From NCBI GenBank assembly GCA_964035545.1, contig OZ037765.1, positions 1,364,001-1,428,000 on the forward strand: 64,000 nucleotides of DNA, written 5' to 3'. The notes below the pieces were generated by a model. The model saw only the letters and a program-made list of their open reading frames with translations. It made no database searches and was not told the DNA's origin. Positions 1 through 14,822 of the stretch are shown here, in pieces; position 1 is the first letter of the stretch; each line of letters begins with the position of its first letter. The DNA is from Bugula neritina. Lineage: Eukaryota; Animalia; Bryozoa. Made by a program: the position numbers and the translations under genes.

Positions 1-458
1 CTGTGACCAGAGTCAGCGTACACAGCTGATGCTAGATTGTCACATCACAATCCTTAAATATTGAAGTGACTGCAGCGAAAGAGAAACTTTTACAACCTCT
101 GTCAAAGAGCTTTCATATTAAAAGGCTATCTGCTACTCAGAAATTTCATATCATTATAAAGTTTGAAACCGACAGAATTTATCCCACAAGGTTTAGCATA
201 GGAAGAAAGCAAACCTTCTTGGGACACACGCCTATAGAATATGACATGAAGTCTGTTATATACTGTTGGCTAGAATCAGCATGTCCCAAGCTTGTTCACA
301 ATACAGAAATACTGAATAGCATAAAGACCAACAAGTGAACATTGAAAGAATTTAGCAATAAAAATTTCTCCTTTGATGCAGCTAATAATAAAACATCTAG
401 CCTGATAACCCCAATAGAAATATCTACGTAGTTGGTGATGTCTTAGCAGGTGTCCTAC

Positions 459-3400
459 CTTTGTACCGGTGAGCTTACTGCGAGAACTCAAGCCACACTT
501 TGGTTTAGTTATCGGCATTTCGATTGAACAAAGCGTGAAATTTATAGCCGAAAAGTAGAGAGCTCCGTCAAACATTAGAGTTACGTTGAAGTAATGCAGG
601 CTGAAACAACAAAGTTACAACAACCAAGCTGTAAATACTAGCAGGTCTACGGACAGCTGGAAGATAGTGGACAGTCAGACTAGTCTATGCAATGGGGTCT
701 ACAGTTATACAGCAAATAGTTTACTTGACAATATTGCTCAAGAAGTCAATGTTACATTGGACTAGAAATTAGTTTGATTTTACTGAACCGCAAAAGCTGT
801 CAGGAGTTATCTTACTTATTAAAGATTTCTAATGGTAAAGCATTAATGTTGCTACTTGTAGTTGTTTAATCAAGTAAAGAGTTTATTACGGGCAGTACAC
901 AAGTCTATGACCATAAAAACCTCGAAAACTCTGTAAATTTTGAAATATCTCTGTGGAAAACATGGCTACTGGTGAAAATTTAAAAATTAAGAATAAAGAA
1001 ATGTTCAAATTGAGTTTAACTAAACAAGTAATTTCTAACACACTTAAACAATCACAGATGTGTCACAGGAAGGTTGATGATATAAAGCAGCCATATTTTT
1101 CACAGTCCTTAATATACGATTAAACTAGGCAGTTGGTAGCTAAAGGTTAGAAGTAAAGCTTTTCTGGCAGTTGTAAATAAAAAGAGTAAACGGCTTGTTA
1201 GAAGCGAGAAAATAAGCCAAATAACAGCAAATATATAACCTTAACACAACGCCTAACATAAAACAAGTAACCATGACAACCGAATGTGCCGTCACCTTGA
1301 CCTTCACCTTCAGGCTGTACTGCCAGGAAACACATTTACAACGATTTCCCCGGATAACCTTGATTAGCCCTTACCCTGTAATAGCTGTCAATGGTTGCGT
1401 TGTTTATACAAGTAATATGTGGAGGCTTGGACAGTCTTTTAGTAGCACCAGAGCATAAGACAAAGTTAAAATTGTGGTGGAATGTGGTCCCATCAGCAGT
1501 GAACATGTTGGCACCAGCAAATGTTTGTGCACTACAACATTGTTAGCGTTATGTGTTAGTAGGCTATATATACATGTATATATATAATTCAGCAGTTAAG
1601 AATTCTATTGAAAAATGTTACACAAAAGCAACAAATGTAATTAAGCGATCACGTGATAAACACAATCTAATAAAAAGAGTTAGTTATGTAACGAACGCTT
1701 ACGTCTTTCTGGATATTTCCCATGTATTACACCCCAATATCTTTCCTTAATTCAAAATTACTATCGGATGAAATGCAGTAGTAAACAAGCATAGCTTTCA
1801 GTAACCAAACCTCTTAGAGCAAAGAGCACAAATAAGCTGATAAACAACCACCAATCAGAAAGCAGGGCTCACCCGGAGAGAGAAGACAAGTCAAACTTCA
1901 TGCCGTCATACACAAACTGGCAGTCACTGACACACATGGTGTGGTCCTCGTTGTTAACAAGGCCTGGGCCACATGGGATACACGTAAAACTGTCTTGTGC
2001 AATGTAATTCGTTGGACACTTCTTACAAACCTTTTTATTGGTCACATTGTTTGTTACCACAACTTCCCCAACAGCGCAACTGTGGCACCTAAAAACAAAC
2101 TTTGAAGTTTAATAAAACATCGAGTATTTACTATTAAATAAGAAAATAACCTGCTGTGGGTAGTGAGTGATGAATAATATCAGATACTTTGCAAAACTTG
2201 CAGAACACTGATTTATTAGAAGCTGAAATACAACTTGAAACTATGCCATCATGTACTCAGATTAAACACAATCTGCAGTGACATCACTTCCTGTGACCCT
2301 CACCCTTCGCCAGCTGCTGCTGATCCGAGCATACACGGGGTGCATTCGGTAGCTCCGCCAGACACGGTGTTGATCAGACGCAGCTCGGAGATACTGAGAG
2401 TGTTGGAGGACAAGTAGTTGGCGGCTTTAGACGACTTCCTGAACGCGATACTGATTAGCTTCACATCCGGGGAGGTGAAGTTGTGCATATACAAGGTAGT
2501 GGTGGTGGTGTTCCAGCTATTCACGACTCTCAGCTCTACGGAATCCTCCTTTGAAATTTACCAAAAGTCAATTTAAATTAAAACCATATTTTATGACAAG
2601 ACATGTATATAAAACTAACATGGTTCAATTACAGTGAAACTTAGGCAGCGATATTATTGAATTAGAATAATATAAAGTTATGTACAGATACTCAACTAAA
2701 TGTAAATTTTTATTCTTCTACCAATGAATTATAAATAAACAGAATTTAACAAATTTTATAAATAAAATCTGAACATAATAAAGAAAGACCAGAACAAACA
2801 CATAGCAAACAGGTTATGAGTAAGAATGAATAATGAAAGCATCTACTGCCACATATGTAGCTGCCTCCACAAGTAAAGTTACCTGCATTAGATAGAAGAT
2901 ACAAGGATCAGCGGGGTCACAAGTCAAGTTGAACCTGATTACCAGTCTGCCGTACACTCTGCCGTCAAGAGTTCGGTTAGCAAAGTGAGAGTTGTTGATG
3001 TTGAGTACAGCAAAGTCGAGAGCTCGAATATCGTCAGACACCTGGATGTAGTCACCTTTCGGGACCCACGTGCTCTGCTTGTCACAGAAAGATCCCCCTG
3101 CAAGCACGTCACAAACAGCATGGGACAAGTTCATCAGCTTGAAAGACTAGTTCGGGGTTTGGTAAGAAGAAATCAACTCACAGCTGTGTGATAACAGGCT
3201 GTGGTTAAAATGGCTCGAAAAATTAATAAAATCATGAATTCCAAAAGTTTTAGATAAAGGAGGTAGGAAAATAGTGACTGCTGCTGGCATGAAAGTCAAC
3301 TTATAGACTAGACAGTCAGCTGACATGACTACTTCCTGTCTCACCGTCAGCGAGTTTGATGCAGCCAGGATAGAGACCAGACGGCATCACATCAAAGTGG

Positions 3401-6400
3401 ATGAAGGTCATACTCTTCCTAGCCTCAGTACCAATAGGACACGACTCACAAGGTTGGGAGCCATCAGATGCCTGCCCTTCCGCACAGTATTCACAGGTGC
3501 CTGTCAACACACTCAACATTAAAACCTCAAACAGGATGTACCATGCAATGAGCTTTTTTCTCCCACCAGAACTTTTCAAGTTCAGAGAACATGAGTTATA
3601 ATAAAAAAAACTAACAAATAGAAAAATACCTTCGCACACAAAATACTAAGTGGTAAAAGATGTTTTAAGTAGAAAAACTAAAAACATTGAGTAGAAAACA
3701 TTCATCAAAACTAAAGCAACTTGTAACTCAAATAGACGTCTGCAAGTCTCACTGAGTCACATGACGTACCGTCTTCTGCGAGAGATTCCCCCGGGTTGCA
3801 GGACGGACATTCTTTACTTCCTCCTGACTCCGGCAGAATGACGCTATCCGCGTGTTTGTCATTACAGTACTTATTGTCCAGCCACTCGTACGTTTCATAT
3901 GTCTGCAACATCAGCACCACATGCAGCCGAGTATACTTATGCTATATACTGTATACTTACAGTATACACTTACACTATATTATATTTACACTACACGCTA
4001 TATGATTACACTGTAAACTTATACTATAATATACTTACACTATATACTGACACTAACTATTGAATACAACCATATATTTACACTAGATGTAGAATATACA
4101 TACATACATAGACTATATACTTACACTGTAAACTTACACTATGCACTTACAATAGCCAGACACTGACTGAAACTAACTTACAGTTCCGTTAACACACGGT
4201 GCAATGGAGGCGTAGTAATCACTCTCCGTGCAAGGTGGGCGTGGCTTACACTCTTTAGCACCAGGGGGAGAGAATTCGTCTTCCTTACAGTCCTTGCATG
4301 AAACTAGACACAGTGATGTCACATTAAGAAGAGTAAAAGGGACTGAGGTTAACAATTCAAACAATAGTTCTCTAAAAGAGCAAAACTCCCTACTCCTGAA
4401 TGAACAGGTAATATCAGCTGAGCTGAGGCACACAACTCCAGCTATGAGTACACAGTATAGACTGACCTGATCTAGACAAGGGGGCGTAGGTGTTGGCCCC
4501 GCAGCGAGTGCAGTGACTTGAGCCTATGCTGCTGTAGAACCCAGGCTTGCAAGGAGTACACTCGGTTGAGAAACCCATTCCTAGAGAATACAGACAGACT
4601 TATAACTTGAGTGTTTAGACTTATAACCTGAGAGTCTTCGGATAGCTGGTAATTAGACATGCTGAAAGTGTTAGACAGAAGAAGAACTATAAAACTGTAC
4701 CTGAATAATTCACAAACAAATATTTGATTTGCTGAAACATCGTAGGTGAAAGAATGAGCAATCAAATGAAAACAAACCTTTGAGTTTTGATTTTACTTTT
4801 TAATTTAAAATCTCACAACATTTTCAATACTCTCTTCGGTTGGGATTTGCACCATGTTCAGATTCATTTGAAAATTACAATTAGCAGACATGAGTGTACA
4901 GGATACATTGTTATACACTGTGAGTGAAAGCTACGTTTCCAAATAAAGTACGGGACGGTGAAGAGACCCACCCTTAATCTCGATTGATTGGATGATAAAC
5001 TTGTTGCCAGGAGCTGCACTATTCAGGCCGAGCAATGAGAAGGTGATCTTGTTCTTCCCGGGCTTCATATCGATCTGTAGAAACAGAGTAGACAGTACAC
5101 AGTATACTCTACCCAGTAGTACTCTACACAGTAGTACTCTACATAGTACTCTACACAGTAGTACTCTACACAGTACTCTACACAGTGGTACTCTACACAG
5201 TAGTACTCTACACAGTAGTACTCTACATAGTACTCTACACAGTAGTACTCTACCCAGTAGTACTCTACACAGTAGTACTCTACACAGTAGTACTCTACAC
5301 AGTAGTACTCTACACAGTAGTACTCTACACAGTAGTACTCTACACAGTACTCTACATAGTAGTACTCTACATAGTAGTACTCTACACAGTAGTACTCTAC
5401 ACAGTAGTACTCTACACAGTAGTACTCTACACAGTACTCTATAGTCAGTACTAACCTCAGTGATATCAAAACCGGAGCTCTTGGACTTCTTTAGAGGAGT
5501 GATTCCTTCAAAGTCACCGAGAACAGACTTGGCAGTCGACTGGCAAAGACTCTTCACCTGTATATTATATAACAAGCATACATCACTTCCTGTTACACTC
5601 TAAACACAAGTTGCACAGGCAAGTCACAGCATAAAGTAATAAAGCATAAGATTAAAAGGACAGATAACGCACTGTAGGATGTACTCTTAGAATCAACTGC
5701 AACTGCTGAGTCATTATCACTCATACCCAGAGGCAGAGGTACAGAGGCACAGGAGTGTAGGGGTGGGGGTGAGGCACAGGGCAAACTTTACCTGAACAAT
5801 GCCAAGCATGTCTAGAGTGTTTCTATATCTGATAGTTAGAGATCCGTCAGTGATGAGTTCTGTGGTGATGGAGAGGTCTTTGTTACAGTCCGAAGGCACT
5901 CCTTCCAGGTAGGGACCTTGGGCTACCCACGTGTCCCTGCAACAGCCATTCTATCAAAACTTAGCTACATCATTGACAACATAAGGAGAAAACTCCAAAA
6001 CATTAAAGGATGAGACTTTCCAACAAACACAGTGTGTAAAACTTAAAAGTCATTTCATTTTCCAATTTACTCAGAATATATTTTTACAGAACAAAATCAT
6101 TGCATTGGTTAGAACTTCTAGTGCTAGAGAGAAATGTAACTTTAGCACTTACTAAACTATATTACTAATAGTTGCTAATCACTAGCAACAACTTCAACTA
6201 ATACTAATAACTACTAGTAGTGATACTATGGACTAGCTACTACTAATAACTGATGACTACTAGTACTACTAGTAACTGCTGTAACTCACACTGAGGCTTC
6301 ACACTGTGCCTTGGACACACTCTTGAGAGAGAGACGTAGACCATTGGACACGACGGTGAACTCTTTGGGAAGGGAGTCCCATTGGTCGTACCGAACTCCG

Positions 6401-9400
6401 TTTCCTACCGAGTATGTCCCGGCCGGACAATCTATGCAGTCCTGATCTCCGGCTACATCCAGGTATCTGCCAGCATCACATGACTTGTCTACAAGGAGAC
6501 ATTGATGATACACCAGCCTAGTACTAGTATTAGAAGGTGAAACTCATTACCGATGGGATGGATTAACTGCGCGATGACTTTAGTAAGTTTTCAGCACTTC
6601 CTTTAAATTTGTTGAGCTCTAAAATGCACTAGATGATTTAGTGATTTAGAAAATTCTTAGATTAACTAGGAAACGTGGGATTGGAGTAAAAATTTGCCTG
6701 CAGCAAAACAAATTAACTTCTCCATTTCTTTCAGGATTGGAATCAGGAGTTTGACATTTTGTAATCCTGTTAAATGCCACACAGTGATTATCTGCCGTGT
6801 CTTGTACATACATTTCAGAGTCTACAGTTTACCACAAGATAGCACAACTTAATTGTGTGGAACACAAATAGGTGTGGCAATACAGGAATTTTATCAAACC
6901 TAAATTCTTCAGTTTTTTAATAGATACGTTGGTTTGGGGCACAGGTTGAACATAACTTCTATTGCTATATTTCTCTTCTAGAACACAGGCTTTTCTTTAG
7001 AACTACAACCACCAGGAAGTTAACACGACTGAGTTGTGAAGTTTAAATACTGCCTTCCACTCCAAAGATGTTCCAAGTTATATTATTGAATAGATAAAGA
7101 ACTTCTGCTACAAACAATGGCCTATTTACAGGGCATTTGAAATCTTAAATAGATTGATTTTTGACAATTGTCAATTTTCATTCTGTTTAAAATCTACCAT
7201 CACAATGCAATATATCATAGACTATTTTGTGAACAAAATATTATGCCTTTAATGTATTCCCATCCAACAGTCAAATATTACTCTAGTTACACAATAAATA
7301 TGAATACAGATGACAGCTGCATCTCCCTCCAGCATACGATGTCGTAGCCTGTGATACAAGACATTACACACCAACACACTCCCTTGCTGCAGTAAACCCT
7401 GCTTTGTGATGAACTGAGGCTACACGATTACTTGAGAGATTTCTAAACAGTTGCAACTGGGAGCTGGTGGCAGATGTGTGAAATGATGAGGGTGCCCTCA
7501 TGTCACGTGACGATAGTCATGTCACCGACACTGCTTAAGTTGTACTGCTTCAACTGCCTGCTGTACAGCCGTACAGTTTTAACTGTGCAGTCCTAGTAGA
7601 TATTATCATGTTAAACACAAACTTACTATGACTATAATCAGATATAGTAGATATCCTTAACATGTGGCTACTAAAGTGTGGACTGGTTTATGGACCCCCA
7701 AGGGTCCTTGAGACGCTTGTAAGAACGCTAGTCAGCTGTTTCAAATACACAACATATTGAAGGAGATGATTTTAGATGAAATATTGTATAACTGGTATTT
7801 TCTTGACAGTCCACTTGTAAGAATGAGTAGAAGGATAGAGGATAGAGGGGAAGGATAGAGGATAGAGTGGAAGGATACAGGAGAGAGTAGGGGACAGAAA
7901 ATAAGACAATGACACATCACATGCAAGCACTGAATTAGCCTAATGAATGGGTGACAATAAATCTACTAAACTCTGTTAAACAGTAGAGATTTGACATATG
8001 AATACGGATTAGACAAGAATAATAATATCCAATATTCATGCAGCTTATGAAGATAGACATACTGTCTATTATCATGCTATGATATAGTGAAATTACTCCA
8101 CAAATTAGATTACCCATACCAGAAATAAAACTAATATTTCCAGCATTGTAGTGCCACTCACTTCTGTTAGATATTATACAGAATTTTAGCTGCTGGTTAA
8201 ATCTTAAGATGTGTTGGAAATAGATGGACTTCAAAGGCATTAAATCAGAGGATCTGTAGAGGAGATGGGGGGGGGGGGGGTGAATCAGTGCCTCATGTTA
8301 CACTCAGCCAATCATGAAATAACTGTATTAGCAAATCACACTACAACATTTACCAATCCAGCCACCCACTCACTCAGTTTTGTTCCCAATAGTCAAACTC
8401 AAAGTCAAAATTGACCCACACTACAGCCATGTGAGTATGGTTGACCATGCTGTGAGCACCATTCTGTCTAGACACAGTTACATCTAGAAAATTCCTTATC
8501 CAAGACATTGTGTGGGAGTTTTCTTACCTCCACAACTAAAGTGCACCTGCCCTCTAATATTGACTGATTCCCAAGAGAGTTACCTTAAAACATTGACCTA
8601 ATTCAACCCTTTGTCAGTGACTAGCAGACAAGCTGGACAATTATTATATTTCCTCTTACAACAAGACTCTAGTTGTTTCTAAGTTGTCTAAACCAGATAC
8701 TTGAACATTTTAGATCTAAAACTAAAGCATTTTTCAATCAGCAATTGAAATGTTTACACAATTTAAATGTAGTTATATTCCACAGAATCTATACGTGAGG
8801 GTGCGTGTGTACGGACAACCACAGTATGTTCCATCAGAACAAAGGCCACATAAATCTGCTACAGTTTAATTAGTCATATTGATTATACAGATAGACAGTG
8901 CCAGGGCTCTACCTAGTTACTTATTCTAATGTAAACTGCCTTAGCCGTCTTAACATAGCAATAGCATGCTGTACAACAGTAATAGTAGCTTATATACAGA
9001 TGTTATTTATCCCCTTTCTGTGTATTCACTACAAGTCAGAGAGCTACTGATTTAATCCACTTCTTCTCTAATCCTAACTTTGAGGTAATCGATAGGAAAT
9101 CTTAGGAAATCATTCACTGGAAAAATAACGACTAATAAATCTCATATTCTAAACATTTATAGAGTTGCAGGAACTTAGAACTCAACATTTTATGTTTCAA
9201 CGACTCAAGATGTTCACAGACCGAAAACTTAATGTTACTTGAGACATGAAGTAACAAATACAGGAATATTGATATCAAGTATAAACTCAACTCAATACAA
9301 GAACTCCCATGTATCAACATGAAGGAACAACGAAATTAGGAAAAGCCTGTGTTCTAGATAGGTAATATCTCAAAAAGAAGTTATGACCAAGACACATTCC

Positions 9401-11714
9401 ACATTGAAATCCATAAAGAGATTTAAAAAAACTCAGACTATGGATAATAGAAATGGAAGTTACGTTAAGCTTTACAGGATAAATTATCAACATCTTCCTA
9501 GAGATCATATCAACTTTTAACTCTTGGTGACAAATTTGTAACGAAATCAGATTTAGCTACAACCCAAAAGAGTCTGAGAGTTTGAGAGGCTCAGAACGCC
9601 CACCAACACAGAGGTAAATGTTACTTGAAAGTTCAGCATAGACTGTCACATCAGTTATCTTGTAAAATAAACCAAGACAAATACCAACTCACCACAGGGA
9701 GGTCCCTGAACTGGAGGTTTGGGAGATCCTACGTAACATTTAGTGCTGGACTTTGGAACATAGACTCTCCACCTGCTCTTGTCTGCATCGCATTCAGTGT
9801 ACGTGTAGTGAAGGTCACTCTAAGGTCATACAAAGTTATAATACAAATAACACTTACAGCTTATGCAATACAATTACACCCCTGGAAAGCCCCCAATCCT
9901 TGTAGTAGTAATAGTACGGGCTTTATGAACCTAAGGAGTTACAGGGGCAAGTAAAAAACTTGTTGACTTTAAACCATTGGTTTGGATGGGTTAGGGTCCT
10001 AAGAAAGTCGCATTAGGGGTTATCATAGGTTTCCTACATACACAAGATTATATAATATGCAAGAATGGTGTAATGGACCAATCATATTATTAATATATAT
10101 CAATTATTATATTATTGATGGCATAAATTATAATATATTAATACAGTATCACAATAATAATAGCATAGTAGATTGTAGTGAAAAATGAATATAGTTTTAG
10201 TGTAACTATGTTGTTAAAGCTAGTCCATAGAGATATTATTTGCCTTTTGCGGACATTGCATTTCACCTCTTCATAATATTATTACAATATAACCTAGCAA
10301 AACTAGGTTATCTTAAATTATTTATTATCTAATGAATATTTATGTCTGCAAAGGTGAAACTACGAGATACATTAGCATGCAAATAGTATATTACACATTC
10401 ATTGCATTAATATTTTATGTGTACATGGTATTCATAGGATTACTATTTCATGAGTACATGTGAACCATTGGTTTATCAATTCTAGTTTCAAGTTGAAGCC
10501 TTAAAAATGAGAGCTTTTGTTGCAATAAAGAATGAATGAGGAAGTTAAGTGTTGATAGCGAAATTGAATAAAATACAAAGACTTGTTCAAAATGCCATAG
10601 AAACTCAAACTAGAATATAAGTTTAATGAATGCTGTGAGAATCATCAAATTCCTATGTTCTTTTGTAACCGGCTTATAATACATTGATATCAAAACATCA
10701 ATTGAAAAATATTCACCAGGGTGTGAAACTTCCTTCATCAGTTGTCCAAATTTAAGATGAAACTATAAAATACACCTCTCTTATATTATATTGTGGTCAT
10801 TACCCAATACATATATTTCTGTTTACAGTTTACAACAAAAGTTCCAAGTTTGAAACAAATATAAAATGCAAAATTTAAATAATAATTTGCTTCAAAGTAG
10901 GGGTGACAGATCAAAATATTGTTTTACAATTTAAATTTGAAACTTATTTAGATTCTGGTTAATAAGGTCATGATAAAAATTTGTGCAAGCATTTTGTGCA
11001 ATGTGTTTCCTGGTTTCATAAGTTACTCATATTTTGCTCATAAATAGGTCTTATCTAAATAATTAGGCAGTAGATAAACTAACATAAAAATGTAGCTAGT
11101 ACAGCACTTTCTATGCAGTTCAAACCTGCAAAGTATTATATGAAATCAAATTTAATATCTTCATGTTGGCCGGGATAGATGATTGATTAAAAATAGGATA
11201 GTTACATAGTGATACTGGTTCTGCAATGCAATAAAATAAAATAGCTATCAATTATATAATTATAATTTGATATAATCAGTAAATGTAATAACCAAGTGTA
11301 AGTCTAATAAGTCCATCCTTCAAACTCATGGTTAAACTTAAACCTAATTATAATAGCTTTAATTACATCCAGTTTCACAATCACAATGACTTCAAGCTAA
11401 ACATCAACTTCTATTCTTCTATTATATATTACTATATGTATTGTAACTGATGATTCATTAATTGTATATTTAAAAAATTAGTTTTATAAACAATTAGTAT
11501 TACTATCTAGCAATTCTGTAAAAATGAGGTGAGGGATTTATTTTTCATTTAATATTTCAGCCCGAGTTTCAGTGAGACAAGTGAGTCCGAGTGAGGGTGT
11601 CAGTGTGAGTCTGAGTGTTGTACTTGTTACCTCGGTGCATTCGGGGATCTGTGCTCCGACTTCTCCAACAAAGCTTTCAGCTAGTATTATGCATATGATA
11701 AGCGTAAACTTCAT
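459..11714 (-). CDS. ELAPOR: ELAPOR/KIAA1324(EIG121)-family cysteine-rich type I membrane protein; 14 coding exons in the window, 3' end lies left of the window
   Basis: GT-AG exons with consistent phases: 11631-11714 (signal peptide MKFTLIICIILAESFVGEVGAQIPECTE), 9693-9819 (SDLHYTYTECDADKSRWRVYVP...QGPPC, matching the family motif YHYEYTxCDxxGxRWRVxVP), 6290-6488 (SCDAGRYLD..CIDCPAGTYSVGNGVRYDQWDSLP), 5792-5936, 5456-5557, 4972-5074, 4467-4580, 4182-4303 (CKPRPPCTESDY), 3770-3902, 3345-3500, 2883-3097, 2304-2548 (NTVSGGATECTPC), 1873-2088 (CIPCGPG..FDLSSL), 459-600. Confidence 0.93.
5095..5450. repeat. 15-bp minisatellite (CTCTACACAGTAGTA, with 12-bp variants) filling ELAPOR intron 5075-5455
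   Basis: Directly visible tandem array; source of the spurious repeat ORFs RVLLC / SSTLH / VEYYC. Confidence 0.97.
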
Positions 11715-12056
11715 TTTGCAATAAAGATTTAAGTTATATAAAAATAAATAAACTCGCTAGCACATGTAAACACAGATTTAGTTTCATTTACACGGTTTAG
11801 CAACTACTGCAGCTATCAGTATGAGTACCAGGCGTCACTATCACTATGTTTACTGCTAGCCAAATAAATTAATATAAGAAGTAAATTATTACGAAACCTG
11901 ACCAGACAGTTTGAAGATGCGAAAATATAAACAAATTAGAAATCAACATTTTTAATGTCAAATTACAGAAATATTTTTAAAAAATGTAAGTTAAAATTTA
12001 ATAAAATATTTGCAATTTTTTTTTAAACATCGAATGCTATGATAGTTTGAATATCC

Positions 12057-12098
12057 GTTGCTAGGACACATGACAACCAGTTCGAGCGAACTGGCAAC
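12057..12098. promoter_or_regulatory. Candidate RFX X-box (GTTGCTAGGACAC) plus half sites (ATGACAAC, CTGGCAAC) in the ELAPOR/CFAP276 divergent promoter
   Basis: Resembles the RFX consensus GTTGCYNNGGCAAC about 200 bp upstream of the ATG of a ciliary gene; forkhead-like TGTAAACA near 11765 and TGTTTAC near 11847 lie in the same interval. Confidence 0.5.
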
Positions 12099-12258
12099 AA
12101 CTTCAGCATATCAATGTAACAAATACAAGTGACAGTATTTACAGCATAGACAGATAATTTATAAGAAATTGTTTAATTGTGTCAAACAGTTTCATCTATC
12201 AAAATTTTGTGTTAATATAATTCGGTAAGTTTAATTTATAGTAAAATTAGGCTAGGGC

Positions 12259-13872
12259 ATGTCTCAAGTTCAAGCTTCAGGTAGAAATCCTTACCCATAT
12301 CCACTATACGAAAATGATGACACCTATCAAGGCGGAGTCTTTCAAAGGGTAAATATTTGTGCTTAAGCAATTTTAGCCATTATTTCTTATAAAATATTTT
12401 ACACGTGCAAGTATCTCAATTTGTGTAGTGCTCTAAAAGTTGCAGCATTTATTAGTTGATTAACATAGTCTAAATTCATTTTAATGACATATGTTTATTA
12501 CTTATTACAGACAAGTTACTTACAAAATTTACAGTTATAATGCATTGACTTGGGCAATCTAACACATTTTTAATACTATAAATAAGATTAGTATATTCTT
12601 ATTTATAATATAATAAGTACACACATCTAATCAAGCACAATTAATTTCTATTAGAAAGAGCCCTACGGTCTAGGTGAGCATCTAATAGGAGAAAAAGACC
12701 CATGGGTGAGACTGAACAGAACTCCAACACTCAGCAGTGCTAGAAGAGAGGTTTATCACTTTGACCCACAGGCACCAAATGACAGCCTTGACTTCTGCAT
12801 TAAAACGACTTATGATCAACACCAAGAGTTTCTGAAATGTCCTGCAGAGGTCAGGGTGCAGAAAGAAACTCACGGGAATCCAGAAGGGTATGTTTATTTA
12901 TTATTATATAAGTAGTATATTTTATTGATTGTTGAGTATTGATGATAGAAAGAAATTTTATAAATATGATGTTTTGTTTTTATATATCAACTATAATAAA
13001 TATTGTTTTAACTTATTTAGCTTTACATATTTCAGATTCAGTTTATTGATAAGCTTTTTCCTTGGATATATTAAATAAATATTTAAAGTCAAAGTATTAA
13101 TAATACAGACATATAATGACAGGATGTGCTTTCTATAGCTGAAAATAGAAACTGTTGTTCAAATTAATTACATGCATGTGCAATTAATTTGAATTTAACT
13201 GTTATGTAATTTACTAGCTAAGCAAAGTATATTTACGTTTTAAATATATATTTAAATATTTACATTCTAATTTCTTAGTTTTATATGATGTAAATTTCTT
13301 TCTTTTGGATTGCTCTAGTACTTGGTGCGCTTAAAATACATTTTAGAGATTTCATAGTATAGGTATATAGTATATAGTATATAAACTGCCTTGTAGGAGA
13401 GTCTTGAAGAATAGAATTGTTGAAATACCTGTCCCGCCACCTGAATTGGGACATCCTCTGAAAAAATGTGAACAAAAACAGAAAAAATCCTTGCACCAAG
13501 CAAAGGGAAATATCTGTAAGTACAATCTATATTATTATCATGTCTATAGCTAAAATACTGGCTAAATATCTGCTTGAGCTGTTTTTAAAAAGAAAATTCA
13601 TATATTGAAAACTGTTGAAGTCAGTTGTTATTATGTGTCTAGCTTAAAGAAAATTAACTGATTACTTAAAACCAGATTTCATCTATGATATAGCAGTTAT
13701 ATAAAGTCATAGAGCTTTCAAGATCTCAGAAAAATTAAGTTTGCAAAGTGATTGAATGATTAAAATACACATATGCACATGTTATCTAATTTATTCCACA
13801 GCTGGTCACTACTCGGAGACAACTAACAATGGATTCTCTAGAAAACCAAATGGCAGCTTCTTCTCCACTTAA
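12259..13872 (+). CDS. CFAP276: Cilia- and flagella-associated protein 276 (C1orf194 homologue), ~170 aa, 4 exons
   Basis: Exons 12259-12348, 12655-12887, 13397-13515, 13802-13872 join in frame: ..RNPYPYPLYENDDTY..DPWVRLNRTPTLSSARREVYHFDPQAPNDSLDF..SGHYSETTNNGFSRKPNGSFFST*, matching recalled C1orf194 motifs (PWxRLNxTPT, FDPxxPxDxLDF, TNxGYSRKxxGxFFST). Confidence 0.92.
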
Positions 13873-14822
13873 GTACAGTGTGGCAGTGTGGCAGCACAAT
13901 ACCGCTGACGTCACAGCACACACCGCTGATGTCACAGAAAAATCTGAATCAGTAAAAGAGACAATCACTTTACAATTTACAAGACGTTATTTCACCACAA
14001 CATCGTTAGACTTTAGAATTTACCCTTAGTTTTAGGAGTTGTTTACCTCCACCTAGAACAAATAATTTGTTAGTCTAGAGTCACACAACATAAAAAGATT
14101 GACTAAATTTATTTTCCAAGAATATCAAATAAAGGGACGTTACAAATGGTACAAATTTATAATATTTTACAGCAGCATATATTTTTGTAATTGTCTGTAT
14201 GTTATAAAATCTTATATTGAACAGTATTTAGAAGAATAAAATACTATTTAAAATTCATTTATGAATGTTATTGTTTTAAGAAACATACACAAAATTTCAC
14301 AACTTTAACTGTATACAGCTGAAAATGGGAAATCAATAATGTTTTACATAAATTTTCATATATTGGACTAATGACTAAAAATAGGCATTAGCACATATTT
14401 TGAAATAAACTATTAGGTTGCATCCTATGTACATAGGCCTACATCTATCAAGTCACTTATAAATTTAATAAATTATTGTTAATATTATATTGCAACATTT
14501 AGAGTAACATATGGTGTATTCAGCAAAAAGCCTAAATTGATCATTGATATAGGTATTATGCATCATGCTTCAACACTGATGAAAACTTGAAAGAAAAGAC
14601 TAATATTTTTTATTGATTGACACAATGAGCTGGAAAACACTTTAAATGTCAAAAAAATTTTCTACATAGCTTATTAGATCAGCACATATATTTCTATAAT
14701 CTACTAGAAGTTGTAACTTATATTTAGTATTTATAATAATAATATATATAATAAAGCAAAAGAGCAAGCGGCTATAATATTGACGTGTAAAGAGTTGTTT
14801 ACTCTTGACATAAACTTGAATT

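Noticed and set aside
1-458. Further ELAPOR exons left of 459
   Set aside because: Candidate AG sites exist but no frame gave a recognisable continuation; left unannotated.
6650-6825. Short open frame on the minus strand in ELAPOR intron 2 (SEMYVQDTADNHC..)
   Set aside because: No family similarity recognised; exons 9693-9819 and 6290-6488 already join in frame without it.
8340-8600. Possible decayed non-LTR retrotransposon 3' fragment (RKLPHNVLDKEFS..)
   Set aside because: Resemblance is only a few residues with stops; cannot be supported without a search.
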